Source of the DNA: Candidatus Latescibacterota bacterium
GTDB lineage: Bacteria > Latescibacterota > UBA2968
Reading direction: 5' to 3'
NCBI GenBank assembly: GCA_965198115.1
Contig: OZ240241.1
Location: 1,888,001 to 1,952,000, forward strand
Length of the DNA: 64,000 nucleotides
A model generated the notes under the pieces. That model had not been told where the DNA came from. It made no database searches and was given only the letters and a program-made list of their open reading frames with translations. This document shows, in pieces, positions 1 to 8,661 of the stretch; the stretch's first letter is position 1, and every line of letters starts with the position of its first letter. The position numbers and the translations under genes were made by a program.

Positions 1-696
1 TGAGAGCATACGGACATAAGACTCGAACCCCGCTATGTCAGCGGGCTGCCCGGTCGCCTCGCCATAGTGATTGGGGATCACGACATCGGGCCTGATGAAG
101 CTGGCCGCACGCGCACCTTCACGGATGCCCATCGTGAACTTGCCTCCGACCGGAAGGATGGCGACCTGAGGACCATACATCTGGCTGATCAGCTGCATGT
201 CACTGAACAGCGCCGTGTCTGACGTGTCGTAGATCGTGATCCCATTCGCGAACTGGAACACGAGCCCACACACCCCGCCATCTGGCTTGAAGTACTCGTC
301 CTCCGACGGTCCACCGAGTGCCTGGTTGGGTGACATGGAGAGTGAGTGAAAAGCCTGCGTCGCCGTGACGCGTACGTTGCCTACTTCAACCGAGCCACCC
401 GGGTTGAAAGGAAGCGCCCGATCGCCCAACTCGAGACCGTGCGCCCCGGCCACCAGACACAGCTCGTAGTTCCCGATGAACGTCGCCCCCGTCCTCTCGC
501 ACACCGCGAACGAGTCGCCAACGTGGTCGTTGTGCCCGTGGGTCGCAACGACCAGATCCGCCTTTTCAACATCATCCACCCCGATGTCACACGTCGGATT
601 ACCATCCAGCCAGGGATCGATGTAGATCGATTCGCCCGAGTCGGGCTCGATCAGCATCGATGCGTGTCCTAAAAGCGTCACCTTCACCTGCGCCAT
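1..696 (-). CDS. Metal-dependent hydrolase, metallo-beta-lactamase fold (UPF0173-like); 3' end runs off the window
   Basis: Manual translation from ATG 696 (GGAGG RBS upstream): MAQVKVTLLGHASMLIE..IYIDPWL..THGHNDHVGD (HxHxDH)..DTALFSDM..LPVGGKFTM..IPNHY. Absent from the ORF track because it is truncated. Confidence 0.85.
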   Translation of the reverse strand, partial: MAQVKVTLLGHASMLIEPDSGESIYIDPWLDGNPTCDIGVDDVEKADLVVATHGHNDHVGDSFAVCERTGATFIGNYELCLVAGAHGLELGDRALPFNPGGSVEVGNVRVTATQAFHSLSMSPNQALGGPSEDEYFKPDGGVCGLVFQFANGITIYDTSDTALFSDMQLISQMYGPQVAILPVGGKFTMGIREGARAASFIRPDVVIPNHYGEATGQPADIAGFESYVRMLS

Positions 697-821
697 TCTT
701 CCTCCTTAAAGATCAACCTTACACGAATGGGAGACCTTCCAGCCCTATCTTACTCCGATTCTGTGTCCTGCCTCTGTTCGAGTCACGCTTCGACGTATGT
801 CTTACTACCAGCTCGTGAAAC

Positions 822-975
822 TTTGAACGCGAAGGCGCCAAGACACGAAGACGCGAAGAACTGCTCTTCAGAATGCTTGCCACCACGATCGGGTCGTTCC
901 CCGGGTTTCTGGATCCACTCGATACCCAACCTGCCCATCCTTAGTGTCTTAGGCCTTCGTGTCTTTGCGTTTAAA
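822..975. repeat. ~150-bp element bounded by inverted arrays of 8-bp periodic units (MITE/REP-like)
   Basis: Left end tttg-aacgcgaa-ggcgccaa-gacacgaa-gacgcgaa; right end reverse complement ttta-aacgcaaa-gacacgaa-ggcctaa-gacactaa. Confidence 0.65.
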
Positions 976-1001
976 CTTCCCCGGTGTCCGCAGATCTGCG
1001 C

Positions 1002-2048
1002 TCAGTCAAGGCTTACACCGACCTCCGCACCCTTCTCCGAAATCTGTCTCCACGTCTCATCGTCGATGAACACGCCGTCGGCTTCCATCTGCTTGCGCTT
1101 TCGACTTTCCAGTTCACCCGGCAGCACGATCTCGTCGAACCCCTCCATCAGTCGGGAGCTCTTGAGCCACGCCATGAATGTCTGCATATCACGCTCGAAA
1201 TCGTCCGGCGCGATGAAGGCTTGGATGTCGATCGCCATCACGAATACGCCATTCCCACCGCCCGTTGCCCCGTCGCGACTCAATCCGCCCCCACCCAAAG
1301 CACCCGACAACACATCAACAACGATCGATAACGCATAGCCTTTGTGCGCGGTGATACCTCCGAACGGCAGGATGGCCCCTCGCGGCGGACCGTAAAAACC
1401 GGCTGGCTCGGTCGTCGGGTTGCCATCGGCGTCGATCGCCCACCCTTCAGGAAGTTTCTCACCTAGGTTTCGTTTAACGCGAATTTTGCCCTCGGCGACA
1501 ACGCTGGCCGTCATGTCGACGACGACGGGGAAGTCTCCCCCTGTCGGGATGCCGACCGCGATCGGGTTGGGCGACATGCGGGCGTCGATGCCGCCGAACG
1601 GCGACTGCAACAACCCGCCGCCGTGGTTGTTGCACATCACGATCCCGATGAAGTTCTGCTCTGCCGCCGTCTCGACGTATTCGCCCAACCGCCCGATGTG
1701 GCTGCAGTTGAACACCTCCACGACAGCCACCGACCGCTTCCTCGCTTTCTCGATCGCCATCGCCATCGCCTGATGGGTGATGGTCTGACCGAAGCCCCAT
1801 CCCCCGTCCACGACGGCGGAGGCGTCCGCTTCCTTCACGATCTCGATCGTCTTGCCCGGATGCGCTCGACCGTCTTTCAACACATCGACGTATTGAGCGA
1901 CACGGACCACGCCGTGCGAGTCGTGACCAAAGATGTTCGCGAGCACGAGCGAATGCGCGATCCGCTTCGCCTCGATCGCATCCAACCCCGCGGCCACGAA
2001 CACCTTCTCACAACTTGCTTCCAACTCGTCGATCTGAAACGTCGGCAA
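1002..2048 (-). CDS. Ldh_2 family (malate/L-lactate/sulfolactate dehydrogenase-like) oxidoreductase
   Basis: GHDSHGV, HIGRLGEY, NPIAVGIP, DMTAS, HKGYAL motifs; likely TTG start at 2048 after GGAGG. Confidence 0.9.
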   Translation of the reverse strand: MPTFQIDELEASCEKVFVAAGLDAIEAKRIAHSLVLANIFGHDSHGVVRVAQYVDVLKDGRAHPGKTIEIVKEADASAVVDGGWGFGQTITHQAMAMAIEKARKRSVAVVEVFNCSHIGRLGEYVETAAEQNFIGIVMCNNHGGGLLQSPFGGIDARMSPNPIAVGIPTGGDFPVVVDMTASVVAEGKIRVKRNLGEKLPEGWAIDADGNPTTEPAGFYGPPRGAILPFGGITAHKGYALSIVVDVLSGALGGGGLSRDGATGGGNGVFVMAIDIQAFIAPDDFERDMQTFMAWLKSSRLMEGFDEIVLPGELESRKRKQMEADGVFIDDETWRQISEKGAEVGVSLD

Positions 2049-2064
2049 CTGTCCTCCATTGATT

Positions 2065-2142
2065 ATTGAAAATGTTGTATAGCTCAACACCTTCACCAGG
2101 TGCGTAACGACATGTTCTATGTTCTATCTTCCATCTTCAATG
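2065..2142. repeat. Heptamer tandem array with imperfect inverted partner
   Basis: ttctatg-ttctatc-ttccatc-ttcaatg (2115-2142) partly complementary to attgaaaatgttgtatag (2065-2082). Confidence 0.45.
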
Positions 2143-2143
2143 C

Positions 2144-2896
2144 CTACCCTGCTTTCGCTATTGTTTCGGCAAACTCCTTTGCGCCCTTGGCAATCCAGGG
2201 ACCGATCCCGGTAAACGCGAATCGAACTCCCAGGCTCATGAAGTGCTCGGCCGTCTCCTGCGTCATCAGGGTTCCGGCGGTTCGCCCAGAGTCGGCGATT
2301 CGCCTCAACGTGTCGTCGATCGTTTTCTGCACATCCGGATGTTGGATATTGCCGATGTGTCCCATCGATGCCGCCAGGTCAGAGGGGGCCACGAAAAACA
2401 CATCGATGTGGTCGACCGAGAGGATCTCGTCCAGATTCTGCACCGCCACGATATCTTCAACGAGCACGATCAGCAGCGTCTCGTCGTTTGCGACTGCAAG
2501 GTAATTGTCGACGCCGTAACCTTGCCGGCTTGTGAACAACCCTCGTTGCCCGATGGGTGCGAATTTCCCGCCCGCAATCACGTTCTCCGCTTCCGCCTTC
2601 GTGTTGACGTGTGGAACGACGATGCCTTGCGAGCCCCGGTCGAGGGTCCGGTAAATGAGATTCTGATCGTTCCTGTTTATGCGGGTTATGGATGTGAGCC
2701 CCCAAAGGTCGCAGGCCCGGCTCAGCTGGCTGACGTGCTCGGCATCCACACGTCCGTGCTCCCCCTCCAGCCAGACACCGTCCCACCCATTGGGCCCAAA
2801 TGAATCGATGGCGTCCGCGTCATCCATTCCAGCGACGACGAGGGCCCGTTCGCCTGCCTGAAGCTTCTGCTTTACGCGATTCGGTCGGATTTCCAT
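2144..2896 (-). CDS. HpcH/HpaI class II aldolase family protein
   Basis: DGVWLEGEHG, RTLDRGSQGIVVPHV, APIGQRG, VAPSDLAASMG; start at MEIRPN. Confidence 0.9.
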   Translation of the reverse strand: MEIRPNRVKQKLQAGERALVVAGMDDADAIDSFGPNGWDGVWLEGEHGRVDAEHVSQLSRACDLWGLTSITRINRNDQNLIYRTLDRGSQGIVVPHVNTKAEAENVIAGGKFAPIGQRGLFTSRQGYGVDNYLAVANDETLLIVLVEDIVAVQNLDEILSVDHIDVFFVAPSDLAASMGHIGNIQHPDVQKTIDDTLRRIADSGRTAGTLMTQETAEHFMSLGVRFAFTGIGPWIAKGAKEFAETIAKAG

Positions 2897-2995
2897 AGTT
2901 CCCTCTGCGAGTGTTAGGTGGACAAGCGGCTGGGATAATAGCTTCTGGCGTGAAGTGGAGCAAGCTCTGGAGACTCGGCGTGGGTCCGAATGCAC

Positions 2996-3742
2996 TCAGG
3001 GTCTAGCGTATTCCCCGGCCAGGTAGCGTGTGATTTCACGATCTCCGTAGTCGAGCGCGAGTTCGACGAACCGGCTGGCTCGCTCCTCGTCCAACAACGG
3101 CCTCGCGCGTTCGAGATCCTCCTCCCATTTCCTCTTCGCTTCTTCCACACTGCCACGCCACTTCCTCATCGTCAAAAAAACCTGCTCGATCGCCCAGGGA
3201 TCCTCGACCGACGCCCAGGGCCGCGACAGAGCTAGAAAGTCGGACACGGCCCGGCACTGGATGAACCCGACGTGGTCCGCCCGATCGAACTCGCCGATCG
3301 AGCCATCTGCATCCTGATAATGTATCGGGAGTGTGTCGACCATGGACCACAGGCCGCGAACCGTGGGCCGAAAGTCATCGCCCAAGGCATGTGTTTGGTA
3401 GGTTATGGCGTCGCGAAAGGCTTCGTCGACCGTAAGATGGGAGATATAGCCGAGGATCAGCACGATGTCGCGATCGGAAAGCTTCCGTGGATCGGACAGA
3501 TCGGGATGGTGCTCGAACATGCCGCTCACCGCCTTTCCCCACGTCTCCTTCTGATCCTCAGCATAGAAGTGGGTTCCGAATTTACCGAGCTTTGCGAAGA
3601 TGCGTAGCCCATCCGGAGCGATGGACCCAGCCAACCAATGTCGGAGATGTTCATCGGCGAGATCGGCTGCTTGCGGATGCGTCTCGCGCAGTCGGCCGTG
3701 AAGACTGGATACCAGGGCGAAGTGGCAACGTCCGCGGGGCAA
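2996..3742 (-). CDS. Putative zinc-dependent phospholipase C-like family protein
   Basis: N-terminal His, GSIAPD, THFY and LGYISHLTVD motifs typical of Zn_dep_PLPC; TTG start after AGAGG. Confidence 0.55.
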   Translation of the reverse strand: MPRGRCHFALVSSLHGRLRETHPQAADLADEHLRHWLAGSIAPDGLRIFAKLGKFGTHFYAEDQKETWGKAVSGMFEHHPDLSDPRKLSDRDIVLILGYISHLTVDEAFRDAITYQTHALGDDFRPTVRGLWSMVDTLPIHYQDADGSIGEFDRADHVGFIQCRAVSDFLALSRPWASVEDPWAIEQVFLTMRKWRGSVEEAKRKWEEDLERARPLLDEERASRFVELALDYGDREITRYLAGEYARP

Positions 3743-3788
3743 CGTGTTTCCTCTAGGGTCTTCGACCGCACTGACATCTTCACAGTGG

Positions 3789-3957
3789 TGGACGGTGGGC
3801 GGTGGGCAATAGACGGTAAAGACGGCGTGCGCCCCTAAAGTCGTGGACAAGGTCCGCTCTTCACTGCGACAACCTCGTGCAGAGTAGAAGCGAATTTCGA
3901 ACATCCAACGTCCAACTCAGAATGTCGAAGGGCACTCGGCGTTCGGCGTTGGACATT
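3789..3957. repeat. Intergenic cluster of heptamer arrays plus a REP half-site
   Basis: tggacgg-tgggcgg-tgggcaa-tagacgg; gcgtgcgccccta; aatttcg-aacatcc-aacgtcc-aactcag-aatgtcg inverted against actcggc-gttcggc-gttggac-att. Confidence 0.6.
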
Positions 3958-3975
3958 GCCTCAAGCCGCCGCCAT

Positions 3976-4773
3976 CTATCTCTTATACAATCGATCGAAC
4001 GTGTGCCTGGGCTTCCATCCCAGGATCCGTTCGGCTTTGTTCGTTCCATACTTCCCGTGAGGCAGAGTAGCACAGATATCAATGACTTCGTACAGGCTCG
4101 TCAGCTTCTCCGTCCTGAGGGCGTGGAGGAATGGTTCGCCCGTGTCTTCCCACGCGACGGAAAACGGATGGAGACCCGAGCCATCGGGCGTCGAAGGCTG
4201 GTCGACCGTTCGGAAGGAACAGTAGAGAAACGTGACCACCTCGATCTCGTGGGCCTCTGCGAACACCCGAACAATCTCGCCGCCCAGGTATTTGGTCAAC
4301 GCATACAGATCGGACCCGGGATGGAGCGGAGCCTCGTCAGGAATGCCAAAGTCGGCATAGTAGTCTCCCTCGAAGCCGAGCGTGGTATGTCGCGGCCCTG
4401 TATGAATCACGCGCTTGATGCCGCACTCGACAGCGGCACGCATCACGTTGTAGGCACCAACCATGTTCACACGGAATGCCGGCACGAGTACTGGACGCAG
4501 CACGCTCACGTTGATCAATGCGTCCATCCCGTCCGCTGCCGCTCGAACCTGCTCATAGTCCGTGATGTCGACGGATACCCACTCGTCAGGCGGCACCGGT
4601 AAGACGGGCACGGGCACCCCGGGCGATTGAGGCTCGCCTTCGAGGATCGACTCGATCGAGCGCAGATCGGTCAGTCGAAGCGTGTACTGGCCTCTCAGCG
4701 CATCGGCGGCGGCCGCACCCACGGGACCGCCGGCACCGAAGATCGCCACCCTACCTTCCGTCACGGCAGACAC
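3976..4773 (-). CDS. NAD-dependent epimerase/dehydratase (extended SDR, uronate dehydrogenase-like)
   Basis: GAGGPVG Rossmann motif, VNMVGAYNV, catalytic YALTK. Confidence 0.85.
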   Translation of the reverse strand: MSAVTEGRVAIFGAGGPVGAAAADALRGQYTLRLTDLRSIESILEGEPQSPGVPVPVLPVPPDEWVSVDITDYEQVRAAADGMDALINVSVLRPVLVPAFRVNMVGAYNVMRAAVECGIKRVIHTGPRHTTLGFEGDYYADFGIPDEAPLHPGSDLYALTKYLGGEIVRVFAEAHEIEVVTFLYCSFRTVDQPSTPDGSGLHPFSVAWEDTGEPFLHALRTEKLTSLYEVIDICATLPHGKYGTNKAERILGWKPRHTFDRLYKR

Positions 4774-4776
4774 GAA

Positions 4777-5433
4777 TCAGTCCTCCTCCACGAGGGAAAG
4801 CGGCGCTTGTTTCGCTGCTCTGAACGGAAACCGCTCAGTGCCGCAGACGTGGTAGAGGAACCAGCGATAACGCGTCTCACCCAGCGGCATGGATAACGCC
4901 CGGACGATCGCCTCGAGTGCGAGATCCTGCGGCGTTCCATCTGGGCCCTCGATCTCGCCCATTCGCAGGCAGATCGAAGTGATCGGACCTTCCCTCGCAA
5001 ACTCCCTAAACGTCTGCTCCACCAGATACGGCGCGAGCGAGCCCGCCTCGGGTCGAGGTCGGGGTCGAAAGGTCTCTTCGAGCACATAATCGTCAGGGTA
5101 ATCGGCCAGAAGATCTAGCGTGCTGATCAGGATGGCGCGTTCAACGCCCGCGGTTTGTGCTTCTTCCAACATGACGTAGGCGCCCCGTACCGCATCGTCC
5201 AGAACGGTCTCATCCTTCGCGTCGGACAGGGCCGCCGTTTCGAAGACGTCCCCGTGGACGACGGCGTCGACGCCCTGGATGATCGGATTGACCCGATCCG
5301 GCTCGGGCAGCAGAACCTCATCGACACCACTGCCTGCTGCGCGGCCTACTGCTACGACTTCGTGTTCGTCACTCAGATGTCGGGCGACGCTCTTGGGAAA
5401 GGGACGGTCGCAGCCGGTTACGACGATCTTCAC
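4777..5433 (-). CDS. Degenerate NAD(P)-binding epimerase-like protein
   Basis: MKIVVTG start and GVDAVVH, GAYVMLEEA, ICLRMG fold motifs, but no GxxGxxG and no YxxxK. Confidence 0.65.
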   Translation of the reverse strand: MKIVVTGCDRPFPKSVARHLSDEHEVVAVGRAAGSGVDEVLLPEPDRVNPIIQGVDAVVHGDVFETAALSDAKDETVLDDAVRGAYVMLEEAQTAGVERAILISTLDLLADYPDDYVLEETFRPRPRPEAGSLAPYLVEQTFREFAREGPITSICLRMGEIEGPDGTPQDLALEAIVRALSMPLGETRYRWFLYHVCGTERFPFRAAKQAPLSLVEED

Positions 5434-5549
5434 GTTGTCTCCTACGAGCTAAACAGTATTCGAGCGTTTAGTGTTCGTGGGGAAGGTACTAACGAACCCT
5501 CAACGAGGATGTCGTCAAGAAAGGGTCGATGGTCGGGACATGAAAAGAC

Positions 5550-6395
5550 TTAATCGGACGACCGAACAGCGTATTCTTCACGTTCATCGGTCGCGATTTG
5601 AACCCAGGGCAGGTCCGGGTCGTGAGGCGTTGCTACCCACCATCCTGAGTCGGCGGCTGCCTGCAGCCACTTCTGCTTGTTGATGTAGGTCTCTCTCGGA
5701 TAGTGATCGAAGGCCATCACATACAGAGGACGCAGGTGATGGGTCGTAGGCACGAGATCGGCCGTGAAGAAAAAAACGCCATCACCCGATTCGATCAGCA
5801 CCGATTGATGGGCACGTGTATGTCCGGGTGTCAGAACCAATCGAATCGATCCGAACGAGATGTCGCCATCGATCAGATCGACGACGGATGCGGCTTCCAG
5901 AGGGTCCATCACCGACTCGCGCGGGTAGGCGTTGACCGATTGTCCATCTGCTTCGCGCGCGTCTTTCCACTCTCCGCGCTGAATCGCGTATCGCGCATTC
6001 GGAAACGTCGGGACGTAGGTACACTCGGACCCCGACGTCGCACCGCCGGCGTGGTCCTGATGCAAATGACTCAGGATCACGCGGTCGATCTGCTCCGGAC
6101 GAACGCCGACTTCCGCCAGGGCGCCAACGAGACCCGGGTCCTCCTCCAGCGCGAAAATCCCGCGCAGTCTGTCTGTGACCTTCCCCCCGAAACCGGTCTC
6201 GATAAGCGTGCACTCGCCATCGGATTCCACGAGAAAGCACCACATGACCAGCCCGATGCGGTTCTGATCATCCGCCGGAATGCGTTTCGACCAATGCGTC
6301 TTGGGAATGATCCCGAACATCCCACCGCCGTCGAGACGGAGGCGTCCCGCCTGAACGGCGGTGATTCGGATATCACCGATTTGCAGGGTGTGCAT
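5550..6395 (-). CDS. MBL-fold metallo-hydrolase (YtnP/lactonase-like)
   Basis: LDGGGMFGIIPK..W, SHLHQDHAGG, TPGHT..HQ; start at MHTLQ. Confidence 0.9.
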   Translation of the reverse strand: MHTLQIGDIRITAVQAGRLRLDGGGMFGIIPKTHWSKRIPADDQNRIGLVMWCFLVESDGECTLIETGFGGKVTDRLRGIFALEEDPGLVGALAEVGVRPEQIDRVILSHLHQDHAGGATSGSECTYVPTFPNARYAIQRGEWKDAREADGQSVNAYPRESVMDPLEAASVVDLIDGDISFGSIRLVLTPGHTRAHQSVLIESGDGVFFFTADLVPTTHHLRPLYVMAFDHYPRETYINKQKWLQAAADSGWWVATPHDPDLPWVQIATDEREEYAVRSSD

Positions 6396-6447
6396 TGTGA
6401 GAGGCCGGAACCGGTAGACGGTCGCTGTGGGAAGTGGGCAGTAGAGA

Positions 6448-6496
6448 TAGGCCGCCCCCACGATCATTTCGGTGGGAGCAGCCTCCCGGCTGCGGA
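6448..6496. repeat. REP-like inverted doublet (GTGG-tagged)
   Basis: aggccgcccccac .. gtgggagcagcct(cccggctgc) inverted pair, 11/13 match. Confidence 0.5.
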
Positions 6497-6636
6497 CGAA
6501 AAAGGTGAGTGACAAGAAATCACCTGGCTTCGAGCGTGTGTTCAAGTATTGCCGCTGCTAATCCCGCAGGCAAAAAGAAAACGCCCCCTTTAATCCGCCA
6601 AGGGAGCGCCACGATCCGACAACTCAATTTCCTATC

Positions 6637-7080
6637 CTAATTCCCCAATTGATCTATCCCCTGCAGTGGGTTGGCCTGTGACTGGTAGAGCTGTCTGAGG
6701 ACCTGGACCACCTGGATCCGGATCCGAACGCTGTCGTCGCCCATCGCTTTCATCAAGTAGGGTCCCGCAATGTCGGCCGAGAAGTTGGATAGAGCCTTGA
6801 CGGCCTCGAAGCGTGTGTTCTCGTCCGGGTCTTTCAGGGCACGACCCAGAGCCGAGGCTGCCCGCTTCTGAACATCGGGATCGGTCATCGTGCCGAGCAG
6901 ACGGACTGCATCGAGCCTGACGATAGGGTTCTTGTCCTCCAGTGCCCGCTCGAGAACCGCTTCCATCGAGGTATCCTTTTTGGCGCCAAGCAGAGGCACG
7001 TAGCGAACGGGTGGCGCCCGCCTCACAACGCAGCCTGTGGTCGCCAGAGCACTTAGGATCAGGAGAAGGGTTTTTCGCAC
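6637..7080 (-). CDS. HEAT-repeat lipoprotein
   Basis: Lipobox LATTG-C; repeats ALEDKNPIVRLDAVRLLG, ALKDPDENTRFEAVKAL, AMGDDSVRIRIQVVQVL. Confidence 0.8.
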   Translation of the reverse strand: MRKTLLLILSALATTGCVVRRAPPVRYVPLLGAKKDTSMEAVLERALEDKNPIVRLDAVRLLGTMTDPDVQKRAASALGRALKDPDENTRFEAVKALSNFSADIAGPYLMKAMGDDSVRIRIQVVQVLRQLYQSQANPLQGIDQLGN

Positions 7081-7156
7081 TGAATAGCACCGCTTTAGGT
7101 TAAAATGGCCGGTTCTACGTTATTTTCGGCAGAATCCCAGACTTCTCCACCTTCTT

Positions 7157-7702
7157 CTACGCTTCTTCCTCATCCTCCGCCTCATCTTTTTCCCAGAATC
7201 GCCGGTACTCATCCAGGAAGCACAGCGAGGAAGGGTCTTCCATACGATCAAGATACAGGATACCGTCCAGATGGTCGACCTCGTGCTGAATAATCCGGGA
7301 CTGCAGGCCCTCCGCCACGAACTCGACGGTCACACCTTCTCGGTCCAGCGCCTGAACGGAAATCCGGGTGTGGCGTCGTACGAGTCCTCTCAGCTCGGGA
7401 ATGCTCAGACACCCCTCCCAACTTGTTTCCGTTTCTCCATCGACCGGCTTTGCGATCGGATTGATGAGGACGCAGGGCTCGCAGTCATCCACCGACTCGG
7501 CAAACCCTTGTGTCACGAGAATCCGCAATGACACGTGGACTTGTGGCGCCGCCAACCCCGCGCCGTGATACTCATCCATCGTTTCCAACATGTCGTCGAT
7601 CAGCCGTTGCGTATCGGCTTGGGCGATCGAATTCAGGTTGACAGGTTCGGCAACTACACGCAGCACGGGATGTCCCATGCGAGACACCTTCCGTATCGCC
7701 AT
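7157..7702 (-). CDS. def: Peptide deformylase
   Basis: GAGLAAPQ, EGCLS, QHEVDHLDG motifs. Confidence 0.97.
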   Translation of the reverse strand: MAIRKVSRMGHPVLRVVAEPVNLNSIAQADTQRLIDDMLETMDEYHGAGLAAPQVHVSLRILVTQGFAESVDDCEPCVLINPIAKPVDGETETSWEGCLSIPELRGLVRRHTRISVQALDREGVTVEFVAEGLQSRIIQHEVDHLDGILYLDRMEDPSSLCFLDEYRRFWEKDEAEDEEEA

Positions 7703-7784
7703 TCACGCCTCTCCAGGTTTTGCGTAGGGACCTGTATGCTTATCTTTCAGCGCCTGTGACACATCATCGATCGAAGGAGATGAT

Positions 7785-8552
7785 ATGCCCGTAGCACTCG
7801 TGACCGGGTCCAGCCGTGGTATCGGGCGAGGCATCGCCTACGCCCTTGCCGAAGCCGGATACGACATCCTTATCAACTACACGAGCAACGAATCGGCCGC
7901 CGCCGAAGCCGCCGACGGCGTGCGCGCCAGAGGAACCCGTGCGGAGGTCGCGCAAGCCGACGTGACCGACATCGATCAGGGTGTCGGTCTGGTCGATCGC
8001 TCGATAGAAACGTTCGGCCGACTCGACATGCTCGTCAACAACGCCGGCATCGCCCCTCGTGTTCGGGCGGACATTCTCGAGGCCACTCGGGACAGCTACG
8101 ACGACGTAATGGCCACTAATCTGCGTGGACCCTATTTCCTGACTCAGCACGCTGCGAATCGAATGATCGACCTCAAAGCCGCCGGCACGATCGACATCGC
8201 GCGGTTCGTCACCATTTCCTCGATTTCGGCCTACACCGCGTCCGTCAGCCGGGGGGAGTATTGCGTTTCCAAGGCCGGCCTGACCATGCTCACGCGATTG
8301 TTCGCCGATCGTCTGGCCGAACACGGTTTCCCGGTCAACGAAATCCAGCCCGGGATCATCCTCACGGACATGACGAATGCCGTTAAAGACAAATACGATC
8401 CTCTGATCGCCGACGGACTCACCCCCATCCGCCGGTGGGGCCGACCGGAGGACATCGGGAAGGCTGTCGCCGCGATCGGACTCGGCTATTTCGACTTCAC
8501 GACGGGCGCGGCCATTCCCGTCGACGGAGGTTTCCACCTTCATCGTCTATGA
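7785..8552 (+). CDS. SDR family oxidoreductase (3-ketoacyl-ACP reductase-like)
   Basis: TGSSRGIG, NNAG, YCVSK, VDGG. Confidence 0.9.
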   Translation: MPVALVTGSSRGIGRGIAYALAEAGYDILINYTSNESAAAEAADGVRARGTRAEVAQADVTDIDQGVGLVDRSIETFGRLDMLVNNAGIAPRVRADILEATRDSYDDVMATNLRGPYFLTQHAANRMIDLKAAGTIDIARFVTISSISAYTASVSRGEYCVSKAGLTMLTRLFADRLAEHGFPVNEIQPGIILTDMTNAVKDKYDPLIADGLTPIRRWGRPEDIGKAVAAIGLGYFDFTTGAAIPVDGGFHLHRL

Positions 8553-8661
8553 ATCGGCGGTTCGGACCCCGCGAACGTCCCCGAAGTTGACGGATAGGCC
8601 AACCTGACGTAATTTAGACTGTTCAGGTAATTACGACGCTCTACCATCGGGGGTCAAGCGG

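Noticed and set aside
727-1338. Long antisense or overlapping ORFs (727-1338, 11518-12573, 18547-19506, 34343-35365, 39764-40918, 44782-46077 and others)
   Set aside because: Shadow ORFs of real genes in high-GC DNA; no motifs or RBS.
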